Shown here piece by piece: positions 45,999 through 61,219 of a stretch of 64,000 bases of DNA. The translations under genes and the position numbers were made by a program. Every line of letters starts with the position of its first letter. Position 1 is the first letter of the stretch. The notes below the pieces were generated by a model. It was given only the letters and a program-made list of their open reading frames with translations, did not search any database and was not told the origin of the DNA. This stretch comes from the human T2T-CHM13v2.0 reference genome, Homo sapiens, in NCBI RefSeq assembly GCF_009914755.1, contig NC_060925.1; one strand, given 5' to 3'.

Positions 45999-48900
45999 TG
46001 GGTGCAGGGAGAGGTAAAGCTGGGCAGAAAATGAGATGGGGAACAAGTTGCGTCGCATCCTAAACAGCAAGGGTCAAGGGGGGAAAGAGAGAAGGAGGAG
46101 GCTGAAGAATAAGAAAAAATGATGGGCTGATGGGATTGAGAGAGGAAGGAAGAACAAGGAGCCTAAGGCTTGAGCCAGAAGTCAATGGTCCATTTTGGCC
46201 CTTTAGAGGACATGAAGGAAGTGCCAAGGGATCCCACCCTGCTGTGTCCATCTTCAAGTGGTATAAGGATTGCCTGTCCCCTGGGTCCCCTTTGGGATGC
46301 TGGGCCCTTTCACTTAGGTGAGTTAATAGTCTGACAGGCCACAGTGGCAGCCTGGCAGTGCTGTGTCACATGGCAGTGATGCAGGTTAGTTTTAAGAGAC
46401 AAATCACCGAGGGCCTGGCTAACTGTGGAATCTTTGAAATGGCTGGTGGGTAGAGGGGGTGTGTGAGGAGGGAGGAAGCAGGATGGGAAAGGGTAAACAG
46501 CTGCTGCTATGACTTCCCTGGGGTCAGACTGGGGGGAAGAGCCATGACTCAGCCTTTTGCTTTCAGATATGCCAAGTCCTGAACCACAGGGGACATCAAC
46601 TGGAGTCCCTGGATGTGCTCTGTCCAACTTCCAGTTCCATGGGGCGAGGGGAGTGGATGGGGTCCACTTCTGATGAGCTGGAACTTCCCAAGGCACGTGG
46701 GCGAGAGGGAGCACCGAGTGCATGGAGAGAGGGTGGCTGGGACGGGGTGAACACGCCTAACTCTAGAGATTCGGACCCAAATCTGGACCGAGACTCCTCC
46801 ACACCAGTCCTCCCACCTCTTGTTTTCAAGAAACATTTTCCAGCTGGAAAACCTTAGAAGCTGGAAAAACAAGTATCCCAAGGGGAAAAGTATGAGGTGT
46901 TCTTAACTAAAGAAGCATAAAATAAAATAAAACACAAATGAAAGTGACAAATGGAGGAGGGAAGCCTGGAGGATTTACAGTTGGATTCTGTTTCTGCAAC
47001 AGATTCCATGCAACAACTAAAATAACATCAATTGGTTTGAAACCAAGGTGTTTCGGGAGAAGCTCATCTTCTAAAACTGACATTAAGCAGATGTCTTGCT
47101 GAGCCCTCTTTTTGCCTCCTCCCGAAATGACTCAATTTGTGCTACCTTTTACTTCATCATCACTTTCCCTTGGCAGTTCAGAGGCATCTCTCATGAGGCC
47201 ATTGGGGAAAAGCTCAGCGTCCCTGCAGATATCCAGAAGCTTTTGCCTGTTTGTCCATAACTGATGAAGGGTCTACAGAGAGAGTCCAGCTTTAGAAAGA
47301 GGCTAGATTGAAACAAAGTTATGCCAAGCAGCCTTGGGGGCTTTGGGGTCTTCCAGATGCCTACAGAATCAGAAGGTCAGCATTGCACATCTTTTAGGTT
47401 GCACTGTCATTTCCAATTCTGGATACTAAATATTGACAGCTTTCTCTCTACTGTGTTGTCACCATGATCATGAAAAATCCTTATGGAAAGATGCTGGACT
47501 TTAATGTAGCTGCTTTTGTGGGTGAAATCTCTCAAACACACCAGGTCTGTGCCAGCCATGGCAAGTTGTTCAGACAATTATATACCCTGCTTAATGGTTG
47601 ATAATTACATTGTTACTGGGATTGCCAAGAGAAAACAATGATTAAGACTATTTACAGGCCACACACACACAAATCCTTCCTTTCCCTTCCCAAGCAGGCC
47701 TTGCCTTGGCCTTCCTGGTGTCCATGGTAACCAAACAGGAAGCCCTACCTTTAGTAAAGGCACTTGCAATAATAATTGGGAGCTATACATAGTGTTGGGA
47801 GGTTGGGAGGAGGAGGGGAAAGGATCCTCAGCAAAGTGAAACCCTGGCTAGGAGTGACTCAGCTAGAAAAATCACATTTGTTAGAAAAATGCCACCAGGG
47901 TTCCTCACTGTGGCTGACCCCAGAGTGAGGCGACTGACTTTAATTTGGGTGAAAAACACTGACAATAAATAGAGGAAACCTCCCTGTTCCTGTATATAGA
48001 AAGGTGTATATTTATGCACAGGGTTTTGTACAAAAAGAGATGAAAGGCCTGGGCTGTATTTTTCATATGGAAGGTGGGAATTGGCTCCTCATCGTCCGTT
48101 TCTTCTTTCCACTTTGATCACACCTCAATCCACAGGGAACAGAACGCTCTCTCTGGGGGAGCACTGCACACCCAGACAGCAAAAGGGGGTGCTGAAAGAC
48201 AAACAGCCTCCGGACCCCAAAGAGAGGCAGGGGTGGGGCCAGGGTCTCGCCTGTTCCGCTCAGCTGTGCCAGAGTAGAGCCAGGAGATGCGGAGTCCAGG
48301 AACCAGGAAGCCAGGTCTTTGGGGTGCTGCTTCTTGGATGGGGACAGCTATGTGCTGAGAGGGGAAAAGGTCGGTATTTTAAAATAACAGAGGCTCCCGG
48401 CAGGGCCCATCCACCTACTGGCAACCCTGCTCTGTGCCAGCCCTGGCTGAGAGCTGGTTCTGAGGCACAAAGCCCCAGGAGTGACTCTAAGAAGGAAAGA
48501 TTTGGCCTTCAGTGGCATTTCATTCCTTTCTGGTAAGAAGCGTCTTTCCCCGGTTTCCTCATGACAGTTGGTGCTATGCCAAGACAGACTCCTACTAACC
48601 GATGGGAGGTATTTGTTCTAAAGCCTTGCACTTACCCGTGATTTATCACAACCCCAGCGCTAAGCTTTTTGTCATTAGCTGCTGTCGTAGGACCTGCCTG
48701 CTAATAGGGACCTGCCCTGGACTGGAGTCAGAAAGGAGGAGAGAGCCTGGCCCCTCCTGCTCAGCAGGCTGACTGCCCCAAGCCTGGGTCTGACTGTCTG
48801 GTCCACCAATATCAGCCCCAGGAAGCCAACAAGACGGAGTGGGGTGGGGAGTGGGGGCAGCCCCCAGCCGCTGTGAGGCGTTCACTCAGACCCTGCAGGA

Positions 48901-50242
48901 AGACCTGCGGCCCTCCCTTTGCACTGCAGAAAGGGGTCACTGCCCTTCCAGAAAGAGGGTCTTCATCTCTTCTGGAGGCAACGGGGGTGACAAATGGAAT
49001 CTGAGGGATCACTGCAAGGAAGGATTTTCACAAAGGTGTGAGGGGGGCTGTGGACGGGGGGCTGTCCTTGGGAGGGTTGCGGTCTCCAGCCATGGAGACC
49101 CAGAGCCACACCACAAGCAGCCTGACCACTTCTCACCCCGCCACCTCCCCCAACACTACCCAGGCTTAGATGTGCTTTCCTCTTTCAGCCTCAGTTTCCT
49201 CCTCTGAAAAAAGTGTCCAACCCTGGTCTGACACTGTTCTAGGATTCCAGGACGAAGGCCAAAGAGCAGCAGCTGCCTGTCCTGGACCCAAAGTGCAATG
49301 AGGCCCAGGGAACACTTCACCAATTTGCAACTGAAGGACACTGAGGACACCACCAACACTGACCTGTGTGTGGCCGCTTCTCGTTTTCAAAGCACTTTAA
49401 CATAAATCATTGCATTTGGTCCTTGCACAAGCCAATGGGGAGGGCAGGGCAGGCCCTCCATCTCCACTTTCCCCTGGAGGATGCTCAGGTCCAATATGCA
49501 GAGTGCCTGGCCCAGGGTCCACAGTGAGCAGAAACTCAGACCCCACATCCCTCTCATAAGCCACACTGTGATGGCCATGTGACAGGTGAGAGTGTGTGCC
49601 TCCGCGAGAGTGTCGAGTGTGGGTGGTAGGGCACTGGGCAGGAGAGATACACCTTGAAAGGGCACGGCACACCTGCTGGGCACCTGGAGATGGGATCACA
49701 GCCTTGCCAAATGCCAGTGCTGCAAAGCACTTGGCACTCAGAGCCCAGCCCCTCCATAGGCAGAGGTGGAAGCAGAAGCCTGGGAAAGGCAAGAGCCAGC
49801 CCAGGGCCATGTGGACAGCCCCGTCCAGGACTCAGGTCCCAAAGGCCGACTCAGTGCTCTTTCCCCAGTCCCTGCTTCTGTGAGTTCCAGCTAAACATGA
49901 TCAGAAATGGTGCCAAGGTCAGTGGGACCAAGGCAACAGGAAGGAGGACAATAAACTGCAAGCTCCAGTGCTCACTGGAGGTGAGCAAACTGGGTGGCTG
50001 CACAGCAGTGGGGTGGGCATCAGAGCATTGGGCCAGGACCAGCTTCACCCAGCCCATTTTGAGGGAGCTGTGAATAGACCATTAACTGCCAGGAGTCCAG
50101 GTCTCATTCTTACCTTAGAAAAGTTAACTGAAAAGTGAGAAACCATTGCAGATTTCCCACCTGACATTTTATGTGTAGGGGACACACATGCAGGTCGGTT
50201 AACTAACAGCCACCCCCCGCTCTGCGGCTAGGAAGGCCCCTA

Positions 50243-50581
<339 letters not shown>

Positions 50582-53500
50582 TCACACAGATCTCTTTAGG
50601 CTACTGAAGGGGCTGCAACTGTGCCCACCCAGGTCCCACCTGCAGCCCCCCGTCCCGTTGGCCTCCCGCCATGAGCTTGGTCCCAGAGATAAAATGTTTT
50701 GTCATGATTTGCACCTCATTGTAGACATCCTTTTAGTGTTGGTAAGATAGCTTTGGATGAAATCATGCAGTAATAAAATTCAAATTTTCCCTTCCAAGCC
50801 GACAGTCTAAATGTATGTGGATGTGATTAATCTGAAATCACAAGCTCCTGAACAGGGAAAATGTCAAAAAAAAATTACCAAACATATTCAGCGATTTCCT
50901 CTAAGAAAGTTGAAGCATCTCAAAGACTGGCATCTCCCGGGGGTCTGGAGGGAAGCTGTGGTGGTTGGGGCTCTCGTGGAGCTGTCTCTAGAGGGGGCTC
51001 TGGGGTGTCCACAGAGGCCTCCCTTTCTGAGTCAGACAGGGGCTTGTAGCTGCCCCGCCCTGGGAGGAACCAACTGGAAACATCAGCACCATTTCCTCTG
51101 CCCGGATGCCTATTCCACCCCATCCCCTTCCTCCCTCCCTTCATCCCCAACACCAAGACCTGCTGCATGCCAGGCTCTGTGCCAAGTACTGAAATACAGA
51201 GATGAATACCACACAGCCCCTGCCCTCAGGGACCCAGCCCAAGAGAGGGGTTTGCCAAGGAGGCAGACATCTGCAGAGGGGTGCAATCAGGGGGTGGACA
51301 AGGTGCCCTGGGGATGGAGGCAGAGGGCAATGACCTTGACCCAAACACATGAGGGTCCACAGAGGTGCCACAGAGGAGCAAGGCTTGCATTTTCCAGGCA
51401 GGCCCAGAGGAACGGGTGCTCTGGGCAGAGAACCCTAATGAAAGCCCAGGGCTTATACAAAGTGCAGCAAGGGAGCTGGTTGCAGGCTGGGTGGCAGGGC
51501 TGGTGAAGGTGAGTCCTCTTCCAAACCGTTCTCTAATGGGATCAGCCTGAACAACACACAATAGACTCTGTATTTTATACTGTAGGGCTTCACCTCTTGA
51601 TAAAATCTCCTCTTAACCACTTGGAGGCCACTGGATGGGGAAAGCTAAGAACAAAGGGCCAGGGAGACCAAACCTACTAGGCTGGATAGAGCAGAAAAGC
51701 CATTTAGGAACCTTAATCTATGGAAGTCAGTTACCATTGGGGCTTCCGTGAGTTAATGCACACAACGTGCCGGGACAGGCCTAGTACAAGGAAGCCCCCT
51801 GGAAGGATTCGCTGCCGTCATCAGGAATCTCCATGCCCCCACAGGGTCTGTGCCCAGCGAGTGATAGGCAAATGCTGCTTTTCCTTCCCTTGGCGCCTTA
51901 AGTGAGGCGTGCAGGGCAGGCTGCATGTGTAGATGCATCTAGAGATGGGCCTGGAAGGAGACAGGAGCTCAGCCAGTCAGAAAGGGACAGGGCCATCAAG
52001 TCAGGGAGCAGCAAGAGCATGGTATGACGGATACTGTGCATGTATTGAGCACCTACTGTGTGGCTGGCACTTTGTACGCAAACATTCTCATCTCACAACA
52101 GTCTTTAAAGTATTTCCCAGGTAAGCAGCAGGAGGCACAGAGACACTGGGTGACTTGCCTAAGGACACACAGGAAGCAAAGCCCATGCTCCTTTCACTGT
52201 TTCACTCAACATCAGAGAGGCAAAAGCGACTGGCGTGTGTCTTGGGAATAATGAGGAAGCTTCAGTGAGAGGAGAGCACCTGGGCTCCAGTAGCAGGTGA
52301 CCAGGGGGCTTCAGAGACCAGGGGTCAGATTTAGGAAGGCCTGGAATTCTGGGAGAAGAAGCTTGGATCTTGTCTTAGAGGCCTTAGAAGAGATTCTGGG
52401 TTCTTGAGCACAGGAATGACAAGATAACACAGCTTGCTGGGAAGAATGGTCGGCGGGTGGCGAGCAGGGTATCTGAAGAGACAGGACACAGAGGTGGGGT
52501 GACCAGGCAAGAAACAGGTGTGCAAAGCTGGGACAGAGACGCAGGCCACAGCCTTTCTCACCCACCGGAGCCCGGCCCTAGCAGATTCCCGCGAGCACAT
52601 CAATGGTGGGCTCTCCAGCCCCACTTGAGTCCTTGGCCAGCAACTGGAGACCCAGTGGGTGGCACAGCATTAGCCTTTTTGTGGCTGTCTGCACAAGGAC
52701 ATGGGTGTCTGGTACTTCTGGGGACATCTGAAGAAAAGATACCCCCTCCCCAAAGCTCTGCTAATGAGATGGCCTTGCCTGCCCACTCCATCTGCTATAC
52801 TTGCTCCCCAGGGATGCTCTGTTACCACCCTAGGGGCCCCTGGCTGGCTGCGTGGGCCTCATTTCCCTGGGCTGGGCCTGCCTTTGCTCCCCTGGCTATC
52901 CTTGAGTAGCACAGGCTGGTGGCTCCCAACTCTGATTCCCAGGATTGCGTCTACCCCTGACCGTGACCCAGCGCATCAGCCCCCTCCCAGTTCTGCTGTG
53001 GCCTTGGAAAGGCAGCTGTCTCCCTGGCCTGCTCACTCTGCCCTGCTAGGCCCTCAGGTCAATGCAACCCCTCCCTTCCCAGCAGGTTGCTTTCTGGCTG
53101 GAGGGATGGTGGCAGACCCTATCCTCAGGCCCTGTGCTGAGGCAGTGGTGGAAAATCAGACTTTAGCTTCTCTAAAGCAGCAAGACTCAGTGACTGTGGG
53201 AGGGGACACAGAAGGGAGAAGACGTAAAGGCAGCTCCACGCCACAAGCCTGCAACACATAAATGTAATACAGTCACAGCCAGGGTCCTCAGTTCTTCCGA
53301 AAAACATTTCCTGGAAGATAAGTCTTGGGTAAGGTCTGAAGAAATGTGGTTGAGGCAGTTTAGCAGTGAGGAGTTGAGCTGAGCCAGTGATCTTGGGCTG
53401 GGCTGGGCTTGCCTGGCTTGGAGCTCCAGCTCCAGAGTTAAGTAGCTCCATGGCTGTGGGCAAGTGACGTGCCCTCTCTGTCAATCAATTTCCTTATCCA

Positions 53501-54355
53501 ATGATGGGAGGATTAAGTAAAATAACCCACAAGCAATACCAGCACAGTGACCCAAATTAAGTGCTCACTAAATGTCAGCCATTATTGTTGCTGAGAGGGC
53601 GCAGGTGTTATCAGTCTGAGAAACAATAGACAGAAAAATACAGGGGCATGGATTTACACGTGCAGTGGAGTGGTGAGGCATTCATGAAGATGTCTTGAAG
53701 TTTAGGCTGGAGAACTATTTGATACAGATACAAAAGAAATCAACTGTAAGTTCTTGGACAAAGAAAAGACATGAGATACTTAGTATCTGAAAATGATTCT
53801 TCTACATGAAAGACTGACTAAAGGGGTCAGGCCCCAGATAAGCAGTGCTGCTAGAAGCTTTGCAGGTGTCCAGGGAGAAGCAATGGAGAGCCTTGAATAC
53901 CGAACCATGAAGTTAGGATTAATTTGTAGCCTGCCCTCTGTGCACATCATGGATTTTCTTGTGCACGTGGGTCTCCACAGTCCTCCTTTCCCTGCAAACC
54001 CTGAGGATTAAACTCGTGCTCCCTGGCTGTTTGGCTGCCCTTAGGATCATGGACCATCCTATTCATATGTGGGAGGATGCCAAGGTAAAGAGATTAGAGA
54101 TCAAAGTGGAATTACATATAAATTATGTTCTTGTGGGTTTCTTTTTTCATTCACCATAATAAACTCCTGTGCGTGCTAACTGTGTGTGCTGAGGAGAGGA
54201 GTGAAGATCTTGAGAGTGTCCTTCGTTGTTTGTCAGCCTTCAGTGATCGCTTCTCTGGTGGGGGCTACGGAAGATGCTGAGATGAATTGGACATGCACCC
54301 TGCTCTCCAGTGGCTTGGAGCTTCGTCATGGAGATAAGACATACATGCAACTCAC

Positions 54356-54400
54356 CAAGCAGGAAGTGATGAGCCAGAAGGCTGGGCTGGTGATTCAGGA
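54356..54400 (-). CDS. KCNN3: KCNN3 alternative 45-nt cassette exon (outer-pore insert, hSK3-ex4 type)
   Basis: Minus strand reads ccttttctccctcctctctactcccacag|TCCTGAATCACCAGCCCAGCCTTCTGGCTCATCACTTCCTGCTTG|gtgagt. It is 45 nt and phase 2/2, encoding PESPAQPSGSSLPAW in frame just before YHDQQ. This matches my recollection of the described 15-aa insert isoform. Confidence 0.88.
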
Positions 54401-54699
54401 CTGTGGGAGTAGAGAGGAGGGAGAAAAGGTTTCTAAACCTATTCACAATTTTAGAGCGGTTTACACATGTCACAAACTCACATACTAATCTTGTGCTATT
54501 TTTTGCAATAGAAAATTTGGGGGGGGGGATAGCTCCATGTTTTTCTTTAAAGGCTGAGGAGGAAAAGATGTAATTTTTCTTTGAGCTCAAGGGTAGTTAT
54601 TACAGTTACTGATTTATCTTTCAGGGTGTGGACTATGGATTTTTTTTCACTTCTTAACATGAAATAAATGAGAGATACAAAAGACTGTATGACTTGGCA

Positions 54700-56560
<1,861 letters not shown>

Positions 56561-56854
56561 CCAAACCAAAGAGAAAAAACAAAACTACATGCAACATTAA
56601 ATGACATCAAGAAACACAGAAAGAAAATAAGCACCATGAACTCACCATCCAGCTCCAACCTGTGGGATCTACTTGTATGTTCTCTCCATTCTTAGTGCCC
56701 CCCACCCCAGGATCATCATTACCCTGAATGTCATGTTTATCATTTCCTCGTTTTTCTTCATAGTGCTTCCATGTAGGCAGGATTACCTAAGCAATATGTA
56801 ATTTCATTTTTCCTATTTCCGACCTTCATAAGGATGAAATCATACCACAAGAGT

Positions 56855-57381
56855 ATGGTAGGAAGCTTCTAAAATGACCTCGATATCCCCCCTCCTCTTG
56901 AGGTCTTCACACACTTTTGCAATCCTTTCCTTTTGAGTGTGGGCTGGACCAAGTAACTGGTTTCTAACACACAGAGTATGGCAGAAGTGATAGACTTTCA
57001 TTTCTGAAGTTAGGTTATGGTAAGATCATGGCTTCTGTCTTGGGTGATCTCTCACTAGTTATCTTTTGGATCACTCTCCCTGGGAGAATCCACAGGCCAT
57101 GTCGGGAGGCAAGCCCGTGGAGTGCCACATGGCAAGGGACACAGCCTGCCAACCACCACATGAGTAGCTTAGAAGCAGGTGTTCTTTAAGTCCAGCCTTG
57201 AGGTGAGACCACAGCCCTGGCTGACAGCCTGACAATCTCATGAGAGAACTTGAGGCAGAGGTACCCATTTAAGCTGCACCTGAATTCCTGACCCACAGCA
57301 ACCCTGAGATGGTAAATGTCTGCTGTTTTTAGCTGCTAAATTTTGGAGCAAGTTGTTATGTAGCAACAGATAACTAATACA
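56855..57381 (+). mobile_element. MaLR LTR (MLT1-type) inserted into an old L1
   Basis: Ends gctgctaaattttggagcaagttgttatgtagcaacagataactaataca. Confidence 0.75.
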
Positions 57382-58640
57382 GTGAACTCTTCTATGAATT
57401 GCTTCTTTTCTGTTCAACATATATATTATATTGACATATGTAGCTATAGTCTATTTTTATTCCTGTATTGTATTTCATCATATGAATATGGCATGATTTA
57501 TTTATTCATTCACCTGTTGATGGACAGTGGGATAGCTTACGGGTTTTTCCTCTAATGAGAAATACTGCTACAAACATTATTTTTTATTGACTTATTGTTA
57601 TTGTATTTTTAGAGACAGGGTCTTACTCTGTTGCCCAGGCTGGACTGCAGTGGCACAATCATAGCTTACTGTAGCCTCAAACTCCTGGGCTCAAGAGATT
57701 CTCCTGCCTTGACCTCCTGAAATGTTGGGATTACAGGCATGAGCCACCTCACCCAGCCCAAACATTCTTAATCATAGCTCCTGGTACACTGCATAAGAGT
57801 TTCTCTAGGACACATACCTAAGACTGGGTTTGCTGGTTTGTAGGATATGTACATATTTCACTTCATTAGGAAATGTCAAGTTGTTTTCTAAGATGCCAGT
57901 GCCAATTAGGCTTCCACCAGAGGTGGATAAGAGTTCCTGTTTCTCCATATCCTCATTAACACTTGCCATTGTCTGACTTTAATCTCTGCCACACTAGTGG
58001 GTGAATTGGGATCTCATCAAGACTTGACTTTACGTTTCCATGATAAAAGCTTAAGTAGCCTTTCATATGTTTCTTTGTCATTCATACTTTCTCTTCTGTG
58101 GCGTGTCATTCATGACTTTTGTCCACTTTTCTATTGGCTTGTTTTTGTTTTTTCTCATTGATTCTAAAAGTTATTCATATATTCTAGATAATAAGAATTT
58201 TGTCAGTTTGTGTGTTGCAAATATCTTCTTCCAGTGTGTGCCTTGCCTTTTTCTCTACAGTATTTTTGATGAATAGAAGTTTTAAATTTTACTGTAGGTG
58301 ACTTTATCATCCTTTAATTTATAATTAGCAGTTATTTGGTTTTTGCAGAAATCATTCCCTCCCTGAGATTGTAACATTTTTACATATTTTAAAATGTTGC
58401 CTTTCTAAGTCTTCAATTTGCCTGGAATTGATTTTGCATATGGTGTGAGGCAGGGATACAACTTCATTTTTTTCACATGGGTAAGCAATTATCTCAGTTT
58501 CACTTAATGTGCAGACCATCCTTTCTCCTACTAGCTTTCAATGCTCCCTCTGTCTCATAAATTATATGTGGAAGTGGTACTATTTCTTGGTTCTCTATTC
58601 TGTTCCATTGGTCTATTTGTCTAACCCTGAAGTTATATTA
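57382..58640 (-). mobile_element. Ancient L1M 3' region
   Basis: tttattcattcacctgttgatggaca, tgtgttgcaaatatcttcttccagtgtgtg, ctctattctgttccattggtctatttgtct. Confidence 0.75.
57603..57758 (-). mobile_element. Alu monomer (FLAM/AluJ-like)
   Basis: agagacagggtcttactctgttgcccaggctgg...ctcctgggctcaag...gagccacctcacccagcc. Confidence 0.85.
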
Positions 58641-59689
58641 CAGTATTCTCTGTAGCCTTTCCTTGGTACCTTCTGAGGGTCTAGCACATAATAGGGGCTC
58701 ACTAAAATACTTGTGGACTGACTAAGGCCTGCATGCTGCTTTTCCTGTCCCTCTACAAAAGTGAGGCTTGCTTCAGTAATTCAGTGAATCATGTTAAAAT
58801 GATTTCAGCTGTTCTCTTCAGCAGATTAAACCTTTGTCAAAGTGGCTGCCAAATTCCTTGAGCTTGGAGTCAGTTCTCACTATTAATAAGAACTCAGCTT
58901 CATGACACTAGCTGTGATCTGTTACAGCACTAGGGTGACAGAAAATAAGCCAAAGTGAAATGACTGCCTCTTCTTCCTTATTCTCCAAAAGAATTTGAAT
59001 ACTTTTTAAAACTAGTTTTGTAAAAAAAAAAAAAAAAAGGATTCTTTTCACATGGATCTACATGATATGACGGCTCTAGCCATTTGTCCTGGGTCTGATT
59101 TGTTTGTTGGAAATTTGCAGGCATTGAGCCAGATCCTCTGCAGAACTCCAAAGCAGCCAAATGGACTGCTTCGTCCTTGCCTTCCGGTCAATCTTCAGAG
59201 TCACACAGTCAGACCTGCCCACTGAGCTGTGAACCCTGTGCTTGCGAATTTCTCCAATGAGGAAGCCAACAACACGTACCTGGCTTGGCCCCCTGGCGGC
59301 CTCTGACCCCACCGGTGCCTCTCTCCTCGGAACACTGCCCTCCTCTGGCATCTGCAGCGGCTCACTGGCCTGCTTTCCTCCCGCCTTCGACTGTGCCTCC
59401 TTGGCTTCATGCTCTGACCACCGCTTCAGGGTTGCTGTGCTCCAAGCTTGCCTTGCACACATGGCTCTCTTGCTCCTGTCACTCCTGCCCTGTCCTCCCT
59501 GATGCCTTCTAACTGGCCCTTCAGGACCCACTTCAAATCCCATCCTGACCCACCCAGCCAACCCCAGCTCTTTGCCTGTGTCTCCCACACGTGGCATTAG
59601 CACCATCCACCTACTGCCCACACACTGGCTTGCAGAAAGGCCGCAAAGCTGGCTGGGGTATAGCTGAACCTACAGGTTCCAGGGCCAGA

Positions 59690-59880
59690 ACACCTATGTT
59701 TGAATCCGGGCTTTGCACCTTAATGTCTGCATGAACTTATCCTCAGTCTTCCCACCTGTAAAAGAGGATAATACTTGTACCACCTCACAGAGAGTTACTG
59801 TGAGGGTTAAAGGAGCTGATATGTCTAAAATGATTAGAGCAGTGCCGGGCACATAGGTGCACTAAAAAAAAGTGCTATTT
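59690..59880 (+). mobile_element. MIR (similar MIR remnants near 1190-1320, 12960-13120, 34480-34570, 53400-53590, 63250-63420)
   Basis: cctcagtcttcccacctgtaaaagaggataatacttgtaccacctcacagagagttactgtgagggttaaa core. Confidence 0.7.
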
Positions 59881-60410
59881 TCATCTCGTGTGTCTATGGT
59901 TAGCCTTGGCATAGCAGAAAGAACACAAGATCTGGAGCCCAGAGACTGCCTTTCATGCCAAATGGCTCTGTGACCTTGAGCAGATCACTCCACGGACTCA
60001 GGGCCTGCTGCTTCTTCGGGGAAGCAGGGTGTAATGATGCCGTCCTGCCTGCCTCGCGAGGCCGCGGTGAGGAGTGAATGTGCACGGGCTCCATCAGCCT
60101 TCAGCAAGTGATACAGATAGAGGTATGTCACAGCCTCTGCAGGAGCCTCCCACCTGGGGCTTCGTCCTAGTGACAAGGGCAGCTGCACGGATGTGGAGAA
60201 AGAACAGGCAGCAGATGCTGCTGTGTAGGAAAACAGAAACTCCTCCCAGCTTCTCCTTTTAATCTTCGCTGTTCTTCTGGGTGGCTGCAGCCCCTTCTCT
60301 TCATTTGGTGACTTGCAGCTTAAACCCCTTATCTCCATCAAATTCTGTCACCTCTGCTTTCAAAATATCTCCAGAATCGGAGCGCCTGTCATCCCTGGTC
60401 TGTGGCCACC

Positions 60411-60580
60411 CTGGACCAGCCCCACCCTCTCACCTCATCCAGCCCCACCCTCTCACCTGGACCAGCCCCATCCTTTCACCTGGACCAGCCCCACTCTCTT
60501 ACCTGCTCCAGTCCCATCCTCTTACCTGCTCCAGCCCCACCCTCTCACCTGGATCAGCACCTCCCTCTCACCTGGACCAC
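60411..60580. repeat. 23-bp minisatellite, 7 full copies plus a partial (consensus ctggaccagccccaccctctcac)
   Basis: Units start at 60411, 60434, 60457, 60480, 60503, 60526, 60549 and 60572. Confidence 0.95.
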
Positions 60581-60857
60581 TGCAGTAGTTGCCTCACTGG
60601 CCTCCCTGCTTCTGCCTGGGCGACGCTTGCCTCAGGCTAGTCCTGTTACAGTAGTCAGAGAGGCCCTCTAAAAAAAGTAAGACAAAAGTTCCTGTATCCC
60701 TCAGAAAAAAAGCCGAAGTCCCCTGGGGCCCCCAACCTGGGGGCCTCTCTGAGCCCATCTCACCTTCGCCCATTGGCCCTGCCACCTGGGGTTTCTGCAG
60801 CTCCTTCACCCAGCCAGCTTTACTCCTGCCTCAGAGCCCCTCACCTGCTGTTCTTTT

Positions 60858-61219
60858 CAGAGATGGCCCTGACTTACAATGGTGCCACTTTACAATGGTG
60901 CAAAAGCAATACACAGTCGGTGGAAAGCGTACTTCAAATTCTGAATGTTGATCTTTTCCTAGGGATCTGTGATGCAATTCTCTCTCCTGATGCTGGGCAG
61001 CTCGCAGTTAACCAGGTGATCATGAGTACTCTACAAGGTCCTCTACAGGGCACTGTGCTGCCGGGTGATTTTGCTCAGCGGCAGGCTGACATAAGTGTTC
61101 CCAGCACGTTTAAGGTAGGCTGGGCTAAGCTATGATGCTCAGTAGGTTAGGTACGTTCAGTGCATTTTCAACTTATGATATTTTCCACTTACTGTGGGTT
61201 TATTGTGAAGTAATCCCAT
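60858..61219. mobile_element. MER47-type TcMar-Tigger element
   Basis: Imperfect terminal inverted repeats cagatggccctgacttacaatgg / ccatcataagtcacgggacatct; internal taaggtaggctgggctaagctatgatgctcagtaggttaggt. Confidence 0.7.

Noticed and set aside
50811-53261. 231-, 150- and 186-aa plus-strand ORFs
   Set aside because: GC-rich intronic DNA partly overlapping L2/MIR remnants; no recognisable domain or exon structure.
60411-60580. CRISPR-like periodic repeat
   Set aside because: Head-to-tail units without unique spacers, in mammalian intronic DNA; this is a minisatellite.
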